Assembly (NCBI GenBank): GCA_964510655.1
Contig: CAZEAY010000003.1
Span: 18,924 to 82,923, forward strand
DNA length: 64,000 nt
Source: an uncultured Candidatus Saccharibacteria bacterium
GTDB lineage: Bacteria; Patescibacteriota; Minisyncoccia; Phycocordibacterales; XYD1-FULL-46-19
Direction of reading: 5' to 3'
Position numbers and translations under genes: made by a program. Positions 53,977 to 63,593 of this stretch are shown one piece after another (within the stretch, counting starts at the first letter, position 1; every line of letters starts with the position of its first letter). The notes beneath the pieces were generated by a model. That model had not been told where the DNA came from, did no database searches, and saw only the letters and a list, made by a program, of their open reading frames with translations.

Positions 53977-54008
53977 TGTCAAATATCTATATTCATGACT
54001 AGTTTTTA
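53977..54008 (-). promoter_or_regulatory. possible promoter of the GC-rich GspE-like gene
   Basis: Minus strand TTGACA (53977-53982), 16-nt spacer, TAACTT. Confidence 0.3.
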
Positions 54009-54051
54009 AACTAATCTACTGCCTTGATACTGTCATTTGAAAGAAGATAAG

Positions 54052-54576
54052 TCAAACTATTTTTAAAGCAAAAATTATTCTTTCACAAATCTCAGCAGGA
54101 GTTAAGTGTGTGGAATCAATAACTAAATCAAAAGCAGTATCGGGCGCCAATTCGTTTATTCCGTAAAATTCTTGGTAACGCAGTTCACCATCGTGTTCAC
54201 GTCTGAGAGTTTTGGCTTCCGCTTCTGAAAAAGAAAGATTGTCTCGTGTTGCGACTCTAGTTATTCTCACTTGATCAGAGCAAATTATTTTCACTTTAAA
54301 AGAATCGGGAACAAAGTACCAACCAAGACGACTCTCTAAAACAAAATTATCATTTTCCTTCCCAAGTTTTTCTGTCGCCTGGTCTATCGCCTTATCATAT
54401 TCAGAATCGGCATTGCATAGCAATTCAAATTCATACAAAGAAAGGCCCAATTCAGAGGCCTTTTGTCTAAAAATATTTCCTGTTGAGACAAACTGGTAGC
54501 CCAGTTGTTCTGCCAGCAACCTGCCTAAAGTAGTTGTGCCCGTCCCCGCTAACCCAAAAATAGTTACTTTTGCCAT
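54052..54576 (-). CDS. cytidylate-kinase-like P-loop kinase
   Basis: GLAGTGTTTLGRLLAEQLGYQFVSTGNIFRQ matches the Cmk-type N-terminal pattern. 174 aa. Confidence 0.55.
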   Translation of the reverse strand: MAKVTIFGLAGTGTTTLGRLLAEQLGYQFVSTGNIFRQKASELGLSLYEFELLCNADSEYDKAIDQATEKLGKENDNFVLESRLGWYFVPDSFKVKIICSDQVRITRVATRDNLSFSEAEAKTLRREHDGELRYQEFYGINELAPDTAFDLVIDSTHLTPAEICERIIFALKIV

Positions 54577-54682
54577 AATTAATCATAGCAGATTTTTGTT
54601 TCCTGACAATTTTTGACTTTCCCTAGTCTAATTCATATACTGGGGATAATCTTTATCCGCCAAAGTTTTTGCCAATGGCATT

Positions 54683-54952
54683 ATGCAATACGTCTATGTA
54701 ATATACAGCAAAAGTGCTGGAGAGCTTTATACAGACTGTACAAATGATCTAAAGAAAAGACTTGCATTGAATAATGCCAGAAAAGTAAAATCAATAATGG
54801 GGAAAGTTCCATTCGAGCTCGTGTTTTATGAAGCATTTTCTAATAAACATGATGGGTTCGAACGAGAGCAATATTTAAAAACTGGATGGGGAAGAAATTA
54901 TATTAAAAAAGTCGCTCGAAATTATTTTATTGGCAAAAATTTAGGAGGATAA
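54683..54952 (+). CDS. GIY-YIG nuclease-domain protein (YhbQ/UPF0213-like)
   Basis: YVYVIYS...GELYTDCTNDLKKRL...H block of GIY-YIG. Confidence 0.7.
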   Translation: MQYVYVIYSKSAGELYTDCTNDLKKRLALNNARKVKSIMGKVPFELVFYEAFSNKHDGFEREQYLKTGWGRNYIKKVARNYFIGKNLGG

Positions 54953-55489
54953 ATGTCAGGACATAATAAATGGTCACAAATTAAAGTACAAAAAGGAAAG
55001 ACCGATGCTCAAAAAAGCAAAGTTTTTACTATGTATGCCAAAATCATTACGATGGAAGCTAAAAAAGCCAAGGGCGATAAAAATGCTCCAGGACTAAAAG
55101 CGGCTATCGAGCGAGCTAAATCATTTAACGTTCCCAATGATAATATCGACCGTGCGATTAAAAAAGGTGTTGGTTCAGAAAGTAACTCACTAGAGGAGGT
55201 TATTTATGAAGGCTATGGACCAGGTGGAGTAGCTTTCCTCCTGGAAGGAATCACTGACAACAAAAACCGCACGACTCAAGAAATAAAACACATTCTTTCG
55301 CGTAATGGCGGGAATTTAGGTCTCCAGGGTTCGGTGATGTGGGCGTTTCAAAAAACGGCTGACGGCTATGAAGCAATTTCTCCGATGGATATTTCCGAAA
55401 CAGACAAAGAAGCCGTTGAAAGACTTTATGTAGAACTTGAAGACTACGAAGACATCAAAAGCATTTTTACCAATGCTAATTTAGACTAA
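54953..55489 (+). CDS. YebC/PmpR-family DNA-binding regulator (short form)
   Basis: MSGHNKWSQIKVQKGKTDAQKSKVF N-terminus, in the conserved position upstream of ruvC. Confidence 0.8.
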   Translation: MSGHNKWSQIKVQKGKTDAQKSKVFTMYAKIITMEAKKAKGDKNAPGLKAAIERAKSFNVPNDNIDRAIKKGVGSESNSLEEVIYEGYGPGGVAFLLEGITDNKNRTTQEIKHILSRNGGNLGLQGSVMWAFQKTADGYEAISPMDISETDKEAVERLYVELEDYEDIKSIFTNANLD

Positions 55490-55504
55490 TTCTAAAATCA
55501 CACT

Positions 55505-55990
55505 ATGCGAGTTTTAGGTATTGATCCAGGTTACGACCGAATGGGAGTAGCGATAATCGAAAAACAAAACGGTCAAGAAGTAGTCCTCTTCTCTGGCTGT
55601 TTATCAACCAATCCCAAAGATGATTTTTGTGATCGTCTCCTCTCTTTAGGGTTGGATCTGGAAAAAATAATTAAAGACTGGAAACCAGACGCCTTATCAA
55701 CGGAAAAATTATTTATCACAACAAATCAAAAAACGGCGACAAATGTTGCCGAAGTAAGGGGTATGGTTGGTTATATTGCCCGAAAAGCTGGATTAACGGT
55801 CACCGAATACACACCCCTGCAGATAAAAATGGCCGTTAGCGGTTATGGCAAAGCGACTAAAGCTCAAGTAACCGATATGGTCAAAAAATTAGTAAAGTTA
55901 GATAAAAAAAATCGCCTTGATGATGAATATGACGCGATGGGTATTGCCCTCACCCACCTAGCTTGTGCTAAATATAACTCAATAAAATAA
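55505..55990 (+). CDS. ruvC: Holliday junction resolvase RuvC
   Basis: MRVLGIDPGYDRMGVAII catalytic N-terminus and D...E...DA..HL pattern. Confidence 0.9.
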   Translation: MRVLGIDPGYDRMGVAIIEKQNGQEVVLFSGCLSTNPKDDFCDRLLSLGLDLEKIIKDWKPDALSTEKLFITTNQKTATNVAEVRGMVGYIARKAGLTVTEYTPLQIKMAVSGYGKATKAQVTDMVKKLVKLDKKNRLDDEYDAMGIALTHLACAKYNSIK

Positions 55991-56145
55991 GGTGTTTTTG
56001 CCACTATCCCCAATTTGAACTAAATTAGCTTGCAAAAAAATACTGATATGTTACAAATGTTAAATTGCCACAGAAAGCAGGGTTTAATCTCTCAATTCTG
56101 AGCTAAAATTAGTAGTGTATTATTAGCTTTAAATAAAATAATATA

Positions 56146-56280
56146 TGGAAGAAGATGAGATCAAGGGAGGAAGTATCCTTGACGATGACGAGGGTCCAAA
56201 AGAAGACGACCTTGATGAGCTTGATGGCGACGAACTAGATGTCGATCCAGAGCTTTTGGACGGAGAAATAGAAGAGTAAT
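56146..56280 (+). CDS. extremely acidic 44-aa peptide
   Basis: MEEDEIKGGSILDDDEGPKEDDLDELDGDELDVDPELLDGEIEE. Ends 7 nt before a strong terminator. A TTGCAA...TACAAA promoter-like pair lies ~100 nt upstream. Confidence 0.35.
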
Positions 56281-56287
56281 TAATAAA

Positions 56288-56320
56288 AAAAACACCCCAC
56301 TTTGGTGGGGTGTTTTTTTA
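56288..56320. terminator. bidirectional terminator (acidic peptide gene and tyrS)
   Basis: CACCCCAC-tttg-GTGGGGTG followed by TTTTTTTATTT. Confidence 0.6.
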
Positions 56321-56323
56321 TTT

Positions 56324-57517
56324 CTACATAACAATCTTTAAAAATCTCTTTTTACCAACCTTAAGGACTCCACCTTCTTCAAGAATAAAATTCGGATCAG
56401 ATATTTTTTCCTCGTCCATAAAACCAATCGCCCCCTCATCAACAAGACGTCTAAAATCAGTCTTAGACTTCACAATCCCCTGTTCTAACAAAACATCAAC
56501 CAATTTAGAGCCAGCTAAGACTTTAACCTCTTCCACCTCATCAGGAATTTCTTTTTTTTGAAAAGCGGTGACAAAATATTCTTCAGCCTTCTCGGCCGCT
56601 TCCGCACCATGATACATTCGCACAATCTCTTTAGCTAACTGCATTTTAGCGTCACGAGGATTTATTTTCCCAGAAGAAATGCTGTCTTCAATGTCTTTTA
56701 TTTTTTCCATCGAAACATCCGTGCAGAGCAAATAATACTTAGAAATCAATTCATCTCGCATAGACATAATTTTACCTAACATATCATTTGGGGTGTCATT
56801 TAAAGCAATTACATTGCCCCAACTAGAAGACATCTTCCGGCCGTCAGTTCCCTCCAACATTTGAAAAGTCATAATATCTTGCTCTGGTTGACCATAACAT
56901 TTTTGGATAACTCTCCCCGCTTTCATATTAAAGAGTTGGTCAAAACCACCAATCTCGATATCAGCCTTCACCTCCACCGAATCATAACCCTGTAGCAGTG
57001 GGTACAAAAATTCTCGTACTGAAATTTCTTCGCCTTTTTCATAACGGTCCTTAAAATTTCGACGAGTAAGCATCTGTTGGACCGTAAAACTTTCGGCCAG
57101 TTGAGAAATTTCAGCAAAACCTAACTTTTCTAACCATTGGGCATTATGGACAAATTCAACTTTAGACAAATCAACAATCTTACCCAACTGCTCCTTGTAA
57201 CCAGCCATATTTTTTTCAACATCGGCTTTAGTCAACATTGGACGTTTAGCGAGTTTATCAGAAGGGTCACCGATTAAAGCAGTAAAATCACCAATTAGAA
57301 GCACAATCTGATGTCCTAAGTCTTGAAGGGCCTTCAATTTACGTAAAGGTACCGCCCGACCCAAATGGACATTTGGACTTGTAGGATCAACACCAAACTT
57401 AATCCGCAACTGTTGGCCAGATAAAAGTTTAGACTTTAGGGATTGTGCCACAATCACATCCTCCACCCCCCGAGTCATAATTTCTTCAATTTTTTTAGGG
57501 TCAGTATCTATTTTCAT
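56324..57517 (-). CDS. tyrS: tyrosyl-tRNA synthetase
   Basis: Class-I core with VHLGR (HIGH-like) and KMSSS (KMSKS), plus a C-terminal S4 domain. Start at MKIDTD (ATG 57515-57517). Confidence 0.9.
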   Translation of the reverse strand: MKIDTDPKKIEEIMTRGVEDVIVAQSLKSKLLSGQQLRIKFGVDPTSPNVHLGRAVPLRKLKALQDLGHQIVLLIGDFTALIGDPSDKLAKRPMLTKADVEKNMAGYKEQLGKIVDLSKVEFVHNAQWLEKLGFAEISQLAESFTVQQMLTRRNFKDRYEKGEEISVREFLYPLLQGYDSVEVKADIEIGGFDQLFNMKAGRVIQKCYGQPEQDIMTFQMLEGTDGRKMSSSWGNVIALNDTPNDMLGKIMSMRDELISKYYLLCTDVSMEKIKDIEDSISSGKINPRDAKMQLAKEIVRMYHGAEAAEKAEEYFVTAFQKKEIPDEVEEVKVLAGSKLVDVLLEQGIVKSKTDFRRLVDEGAIGFMDEEKISDPNFILEEGGVLKVGKKRFLKIVM

Positions 57518-57615
57518 ATTAATCATAAGTATAGGGCAAACCAAAGAGAAATCAAAATTATAAACAACGACAATAAACTCCACAGCAGGACACAAAATAG
57601 CATTTTACACCAGCT

Positions 57616-60111
57616 GTGCTAAGATTATTTTATATGATTAAAAACAAAAATTACCACCCAATCATCAAGGGTATTTTTATTATTTTAATTGGTTTTTTCA
57701 TCTTTTCTGGCTTTTCTGTTGTTTGGGCAATCTCTTTACCAATTCCTGATTTCAACAACTACTTTATTGACCTTAGTAAGGCTGAGCCAACCAAAATTTA
57801 TGACCGAACTGGCAAAGTAATGCTCTACAATATGAGTGGTTTGGTTCGTCGCACCCAGGTATCCCTGCCTCAAATTTCAAAATATATTAAGGCGGGTACA
57901 GTGGCAATTGAGGACGATACTTTCTACACCCATAAAGGGGTTAAACCAACCTCTATTGCTCGCGCTTTATGGGTAGATATTACTTCCGGTTCCAAAAAGC
58001 AAGGCGCTTCTACCATTACCCAACAGGTAGTCAAAAACACTCTTTTAACCAACGAAAAAACTATCACCCGTAAGATAAAAGAAATTGTTTTAGCGGTAAA
58101 AATGGAGCAAGAGATGACCAAGGACCAGATTTTGGAACTTTATCTAAACCAGATCCCCTATGGTGGAAATATGTATGGGGTAGAAGAAGCATCAAACACT
58201 TTTTTCAAAAAACATGCGAGTGAATTAACCTTAGCCGAATCGGCTTATTTAGCAGCTATTCCTCAGGCCCCAACCACCTATTCCCCCTACGGACAACATC
58301 GCGATCTCTTAGACGCTCGCAAAAATCTAGTATTAGACCGTATGGCCTCCCTTGGCTATGTCAGTAAAGAAGAGGCTGCCCGAGCAAAAAAAGACAAGGT
58401 AGTGTTTGCTCCAGTAGAATTTCACGGTATAAATGCTCCTCATTTTGTCTTCTTTGTTAAAGAATATTTAGAAGAAAAATATGGTGGAGCCACTCAAGTA
58501 GAAAAAATGGGCTTAAAAGTTACCACCACTCTTGATTATCCAACCGAACTAAAAGCTGAGGAAATTGTTAAAAAATACGGCACAGAAAATGAGAAAAACT
58601 TTAATGCTAAAAATGCTGCCTTAGTTGCCATTGACCCAAAAACTGGACAAATTTTAGCCATGGTTGGTTCCCGTGATTATTTTGACATGAAAAATGAGGG
58701 GAATTTCAATGTTGCCCTCGCTCATCGTCAACCAGGTTCCTCCTTCAAACCTTTTGTCTATGCTGCCGCCTTCAATCAAGGATACACCCCAAACACGGTA
58801 TTATTTGACCTGCCAACAGAATTTAACCCAAGTTGTCCACCTACTGACTCTACAAATAAAGCTAAGGAGTGTTATATGCCGGTTAACTATGATGCCAAGT
58901 ACCTTGGACCAATGTCTCTTCGTAATGCTCTAGCTCAATCCCGCAACATTCCTGCCGTTAAACTCCTTTATTTAGTGGGAGTAGATAATGCCCTAACAAT
59001 GGCCAAAAATATGGGTATCACTAGTTTAAAAGATAAAAACACCTACGGATTAACACTTGTTTTAGGAGGTGGAGAAGTTTCTCTTCTAGAAATGACTAGT
59101 GCTTATGGGGTTTTTGCGAATGATGGTGTTAGAGTTCCTTACACTGGAATTTTAAAAGTAGAAGATGCTAAAGGAAATGTTTTAGAGGAATACAAACAAA
59201 CCGGTGAAAGAATTTTACCAGAAAATACCGCTCGTGAAATTTCTAGTATTCTTTCTGACAACGTCGCTCGTACCCCCGCCTATGGTGCCAACTCACCACT
59301 CTACATTCCAGGACGTGATATGGCCGCCAAAACAGGTACAACCAACGATTTCCGTGACACCTGGATTCTTGGTTATACTCCAAACTTAGTCGTTGGTGCT
59401 TGGGCTGGAAACAACGACAATAGCCCAATAGCGAAAAAAGTGGCTGGTATGGTTGTGGCTCCAATGTGGGGAGCCTTCATGCGAGAAACTTTAGCTAATC
59501 TACCAAATGAAAAATTTATTCCACCCGATCCTATTGATCCAAATTTAAAACCAGTTCTACGTGGTATTTGGCAAGGAGGAATTACTAATCAAATTGGTGG
59601 ACTAGAACAAATTACCACAAACGTTCATTCTATTCTTCATTGGGTGAATAAAAACGATCCTTTGGGACCAGTTCCAAGTAACCCAGCCAATGATGGGCAG
59701 TATAAAAACTGGGAATATCCAATTAGAATTTGGGCGGCCAGCAATGGTTATACTGATTCTTCAGTTATTTCTCAACCAATTTCAAACACTGGGACAAGAA
59801 CATCAAATAGTCAGCCTATTGTCTCAATAATTAACCCCCTCCCCCAAGCCTCTTACAAGCCAACAGACAATATTAATGTTCAGTTAAATATTCGCAGTGG
59901 TGATTCACCAATCAAAAAAACTGAATTCTATGTTAATAGAACTCTAATAAACTCATCAAATAATAGTCAAACAAAATTTGATTTTGGTTTAGCTGAACTA
60001 GAAAATGTTAAAGAGACAAACGAATTAACGGTGATTGTTTATGACCAAAAAGGAAACAAGGCAGAGAATACAGTAAACTTCACCGTCGCCACCTCAACTA
60101 ATACCAACTAG
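57616..60111 (+). CDS. penicillin-binding protein 1A (transglycosylase/transpeptidase) with C-terminal extension
   Basis: GT51 motif EDDTFYTHKG, transpeptidase SSFKP...SRN...KTGT motifs, and an N-terminal TM. Confidence 0.9.
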   Translation: MLRLFYMIKNKNYHPIIKGIFIILIGFFIFSGFSVVWAISLPIPDFNNYFIDLSKAEPTKIYDRTGKVMLYNMSGLVRRTQVSLPQISKYIKAGTVAIEDDTFYTHKGVKPTSIARALWVDITSGSKKQGASTITQQVVKNTLLTNEKTITRKIKEIVLAVKMEQEMTKDQILELYLNQIPYGGNMYGVEEASNTFFKKHASELTLAESAYLAAIPQAPTTYSPYGQHRDLLDARKNLVLDRMASLGYVSKEEAARAKKDKVVFAPVEFHGINAPHFVFFVKEYLEEKYGGATQVEKMGLKVTTTLDYPTELKAEEIVKKYGTENEKNFNAKNAALVAIDPKTGQILAMVGSRDYFDMKNEGNFNVALAHRQPGSSFKPFVYAAAFNQGYTPNTVLFDLPTEFNPSCPPTDSTNKAKECYMPVNYDAKYLGPMSLRNALAQSRNIPAVKLLYLVGVDNALTMAKNMGITSLKDKNTYGLTLVLGGGEVSLLEMTSAYGVFANDGVRVPYTGILKVEDAKGNVLEEYKQTGERILPENTAREISSILSDNVARTPAYGANSPLYIPGRDMAAKTGTTNDFRDTWILGYTPNLVVGAWAGNNDNSPIAKKVAGMVVAPMWGAFMRETLANLPNEKFIPPDPIDPNLKPVLRGIWQGGITNQIGGLEQITTNVHSILHWVNKNDPLGPVPSNPANDGQYKNWEYPIRIWAASNGYTDSSVISQPISNTGTRTSNSQPIVSIINPLPQASYKPTDNINVQLNIRSGDSPIKKTEFYVNRTLINSSNNSQTKFDFGLAELENVKETNELTVIVYDQKGNKAENTVNFTVATSTNTN

Positions 60112-60151
60112 CCACATGATAAAAAACAACGACTGAATAAGTCGTTGTTTT

Positions 60152-60409
60152 TTATCTTATATCTTGTGGGGCATTCTGTTTTAAAATCTCTTTTAAATCA
60201 CGAAGTATATCCTTTTTATGAATAAAAACTTCTGATTTTAATTTAGTAGAAGTTTTTAAAAAAATAATATTATTACTTAAAGAAATATCTTTTTTTTCTA
60301 AGTTTATCTTAAAACACTTAGAAATAACTTCAATTACTGCTTCTTTTTTTAAGGAGTCAGTAGGAACAAGATTTTTATACTTAGAAAGTAGTTCCTTAAG
60401 GATAATCAT
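60152..60409 (-). CDS. small protein downstream of dnaN (DUF721/DciA-like?)
   Basis: 85 aa, 1-nt overlap with dnaN. The family assignment rests on position only. Confidence 0.3.
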   Translation of the reverse strand: MIILKELLSKYKNLVPTDSLKKEAVIEVISKCFKINLEKKDISLSNNIIFLKTSTKLKSEVFIHKKDILRDLKEILKQNAPQDIR

Positions 60410-61512
60410 TACCGATTGATTGGCATAATAATATATTGAAAGGTAGTATCTCCAATACCAACAATTAAAAGTGGTCGATTTTTTTCATTAAATTTCATCG
60501 CCACAGTATCGGAAGAAATTGACTGAAAACAATCTAGAATATACCGGGCATTAAAACTCATCTCAATATCCTCACCCTCTAATACCGCTTGTAAAGAAAT
60601 AGTATTTTCACCCACATCTTGGTTTTTAGAATTTAATTCAAAAATTTTACTTTGAGGTGAAATTTTAACATTTATTTGGTTAAATTTATCAGAAAAAATA
60701 TTAGACAATTTTAAAGCATTCATTAATTCATCCCGAGAAATAGTAACTTCTGTCTTAAATTTTTTCGGCATTATTTGTCCGTAATCTGGGAAATTACCAT
60801 CAATCACCCTTGAGGTAAAGTGAATATTGTCTGTATAAAAAGAAATTTGGTTTTTATTAGCCTCAATCTTAACTTCTTGATCAAGATTATCAAAAACCTT
60901 AATTATTTCAGCGACATTTTTAAAAGGAATAATTACCGACTGAAAATCTTTATTCTTTTCTCTAATAACCACCCTTTTTTCCGCTAAACGAAAAGAATCC
61001 GTTGCCACAAAAACTAATTCCTTATCATCTTGATAAATATAAACACTTGATATTTCTGGTTTTATATCAGACAAAGAAGCAGAATATAAAACTGACCGCA
61101 AACCAGTAACAATATCTTTTCCATTAAAAGAAAAAGAATTTCCATCTTCCACCCTTGGAATCACTGGAAAATCTTCTGCTGAATAACTTTTTATTAAAGT
61201 CGAGCTAGAACCAGTAGAAATATGAATATTTTCTTTAATTAATTCTAATTTTACTTTATCTTCTTTATTAAGATTACCTAAAAAACCACTTAAAATATTC
61301 GCACTAACAGCCACACTACCATTTTCCGTAATTTTAGCTGGTAACTCTATTTCTAAACCAACATCGAGATTTGTGGCTTTGATTACTAAAGCATTATCTT
61401 TTGCCTCTAAAAGAATTGAACTTAGAATTGGTAAAGATAGATTTTTTCCAGATACCCGCTCAGCGATACCAACAACTTCTTTTAGCTTATCTTTGATCAA
61501 TTCTAATTTCAT
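60409..61512 (-). CDS. dnaN: DNA polymerase III beta sliding clamp
   Basis: Three-domain ~367 aa protein with MKLELIKDKLKEVVGIAERV... typical of DnaN, adjacent to dnaA. Confidence 0.9.
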   Translation of the reverse strand: MKLELIKDKLKEVVGIAERVSGKNLSLPILSSILLEAKDNALVIKATNLDVGLEIELPAKITENGSVAVSANILSGFLGNLNKEDKVKLELIKENIHISTGSSSTLIKSYSAEDFPVIPRVEDGNSFSFNGKDIVTGLRSVLYSASLSDIKPEISSVYIYQDDKELVFVATDSFRLAEKRVVIREKNKDFQSVIIPFKNVAEIIKVFDNLDQEVKIEANKNQISFYTDNIHFTSRVIDGNFPDYGQIMPKKFKTEVTISRDELMNALKLSNIFSDKFNQINVKISPQSKIFELNSKNQDVGENTISLQAVLEGEDIEMSFNARYILDCFQSISSDTVAMKFNEKNRPLLIVGIGDTTFQYIIMPINR

Positions 61513-61765
61513 AGTATTAAATTTATTTTTTTTAAAAGAAGAAAAGTTATTGTTATAGTTGTTGTTGATAAGTGTACAAGTTAAATTTATCCTTATTTTA
61601 CAACTTTTATTGGGATAAATTTTATTTAATAAACTGGGGATAAGATGGGATAAATGAGTATTTTTTAATTTTTAATTTTAAGAGAGTGTTAATTTATCCT
61701 AAATTAATTAACTCCTTATCCTTAGTTTTTTAACAGATCTATCCACAAGTTATCCAGAACTAATT
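61513..61765. promoter_or_regulatory. DnaA-box cluster between dnaA and dnaN (oriC candidate)
   Basis: TATCCACAAGTTATCCAGA (61739-61760), GGGATAAGATGGGATAAATG, TTATCCTTA and TTATCCTAA in an AT-rich spacer. Confidence 0.5.
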
Positions 61766-63127
61766 TTAATTATTGTAAAGCAAGACTCTAATTTGATCTA
61801 TTTCCTGGCTAAGTAAGTCGTCACTCTTTATATCCCCTTTTATTTTTTCATAAGCGTGGATAACAGTGGTATGGTCTCTTCCTCCCATTTTTTGTCCGAT
61901 ATAAGGATAAGAAGTATTAAAATCTTCCCGTAAAATATACATAATAATTTGCCTTGGTTTAACAACTTCTTTTCTTCGGCTTTTTTCAAATAACATTTTT
62001 TCTTCAATGTTATAGAAATTGGATATTACACTTATCACTTCTTTAGTAGAGACGGTCTTTTGAGGCTTTATACTGTTCTTAATCAAGAGTTTAACCTCGG
62101 GGACTGTTAAGTTCTTGTTTTTGGCCTGTGATTGGCATATAACCGAATTTAAAGCCCCTTCTAGCTCACGAATACTGTCTTGAACAACAGAAGCTAGATA
62201 TTCTATTACTTCATCGGAGATTTGGAGGTTATTGTTTTTTACCTTAGAACGTAAAATAGCCAAACGAGACTCATAATCTGGTCTAGCCACATCAACAATC
62301 ATCCCCCCCTCAAAACGGGAGCGTAATCTTTCCTCTAGATTTTGGATATATTTTGGTGGTTTATCGGATGAAAAGATAATTTGCTTATTGTTTTCATAAA
62401 AACTATTGAATAAGTGGAAAAGTTCCTCTTGGGTTTTATCTTTGTTTGAGAAAAATTGAACATCATCCATAATAATCACATCATATTTTCGATATTTTTC
62501 CTTAAATTGCCCAACCTTATTGTTTATTACGGAATTTATGTAATCTGTAGAGAAAGTTTCAGAGGTTAAGTAGAAAATTTTCTTATTTTCATTTTGACGC
62601 TTGATATGATTGCCAATTGATTGAATTAAGTGGGTTTTACCCAAACCCGTCCCCCCATAGATGTATAGAGGGTTGTAGTTCATTCCTGGGTTCTTAACAA
62701 CCGCTTGAGCAGCGGCATAAGCAACTTCATTGAAAGGGCCAACAATAAATGATTCAAAGGTATATTTAGGATTTAAATTACTGTCCCTATTTACATATAG
62801 TTCGTTGAGGCCTAATTGATCGGTGGTGGCCATCTTAAGACTTTGTTCTTCAGCTGCTTTAGTTTTGTTTCTGTCTTCTATTTTAGAGATGGTGTACTCC
62901 AAAGCTCTTACCTCAGGAGAAGCATCTCTTAAAGCCTTAAGAATAAATTTATGATATTTGTTTAGTAACCAGTCACGAACAAAGGTGTTTGGGACACTAA
63001 GGTAGACCACCCCTTGATCTTGTTTTGAAATGAAAGTGTTTTTAAACCAGGTTCCGAAACTTGCCTTGGAAATTGTTAACTCTATCTCGGCCAGAGCCAT
63101 GTCCCAAAGTTTTTTGTTTTCTAACAT
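61766..63127 (-). CDS. dnaA: chromosomal replication initiator DnaA
   Basis: AAA+ GGTGLGKTHL, sensor motifs and the C-terminal DNA-binding domain (DHTTVIHAYEKI). Confidence 0.95.
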   Translation of the reverse strand: MLENKKLWDMALAEIELTISKASFGTWFKNTFISKQDQGVVYLSVPNTFVRDWLLNKYHKFILKALRDASPEVRALEYTISKIEDRNKTKAAEEQSLKMATTDQLGLNELYVNRDSNLNPKYTFESFIVGPFNEVAYAAAQAVVKNPGMNYNPLYIYGGTGLGKTHLIQSIGNHIKRQNENKKIFYLTSETFSTDYINSVINNKVGQFKEKYRKYDVIIMDDVQFFSNKDKTQEELFHLFNSFYENNKQIIFSSDKPPKYIQNLEERLRSRFEGGMIVDVARPDYESRLAILRSKVKNNNLQISDEVIEYLASVVQDSIRELEGALNSVICQSQAKNKNLTVPEVKLLIKNSIKPQKTVSTKEVISVISNFYNIEEKMLFEKSRRKEVVKPRQIIMYILREDFNTSYPYIGQKMGGRDHTTVIHAYEKIKGDIKSDDLLSQEIDQIRVLLYNN

Positions 63128-63433
63128 GGTATTTAAAAAAAATTATCTCAGAGTGATTAAAAGTTTCTTAATTATACGCTTGGGGATAAGTATATCAATA
63201 TTGCGGGAGTGGTGGATAAGTTGTGGATTACGGTGGATATCTCTCGCCTTATTATTTGTGGAAGACATATATTTCCTTGTTAGGAAATTATTCACTCTCA
63301 GCGCCTTCGCGCTTCCGAGGGCATCCACAAATAATAAGGCTCGTTCTTGCTGTAAAAATCCTTCTTAGGTTGCAGGCGGCTAATTTATTAGATTAACTAT
63401 TGATTTATTGGAAAAACCTGTTATACTATCCAC
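63128..63433. promoter_or_regulatory. DnaA-box cluster upstream of dnaA (oriC/dnaA promoter region)
   Basis: TGGGGATAAG, GGTGGATAAGTTGTGGATTACGGTGGATAT, CATCCACAAAT, CTATCCACATG. Confidence 0.5.
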
Positions 63434-63568
63434 ATGTCATTTACCTATAAACCAAAAAACAGAAAGCGTAATAAAACCCACGGTTTTTTAGTTCGTACTA
63501 AAACTTCTTCTGGTAAAAAAGTAATCGCTCGACGTCGAGCTAAAGGACGAGCCAAGTTGTCTGTCTAA
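63434..63568 (+). CDS. rpmH: 50S ribosomal protein L34
   Basis: [44 protein letters not shown], 44 aa. Confidence 0.85.
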   Translation: MSFTYKPKNRKRNKTHGFLVRTKTSSGKKVIARRRAKGRAKLSV

Positions 63569-63593
63569 GACAGGCTTAATTTTAAACACTATT

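Noticed and set aside
63030-63368. ORFs 63030..63368 (+) and 63143..63328 (-)
   Set aside because: They overlap the dnaA 5' end and the DnaA-box region, and have no coding signal.
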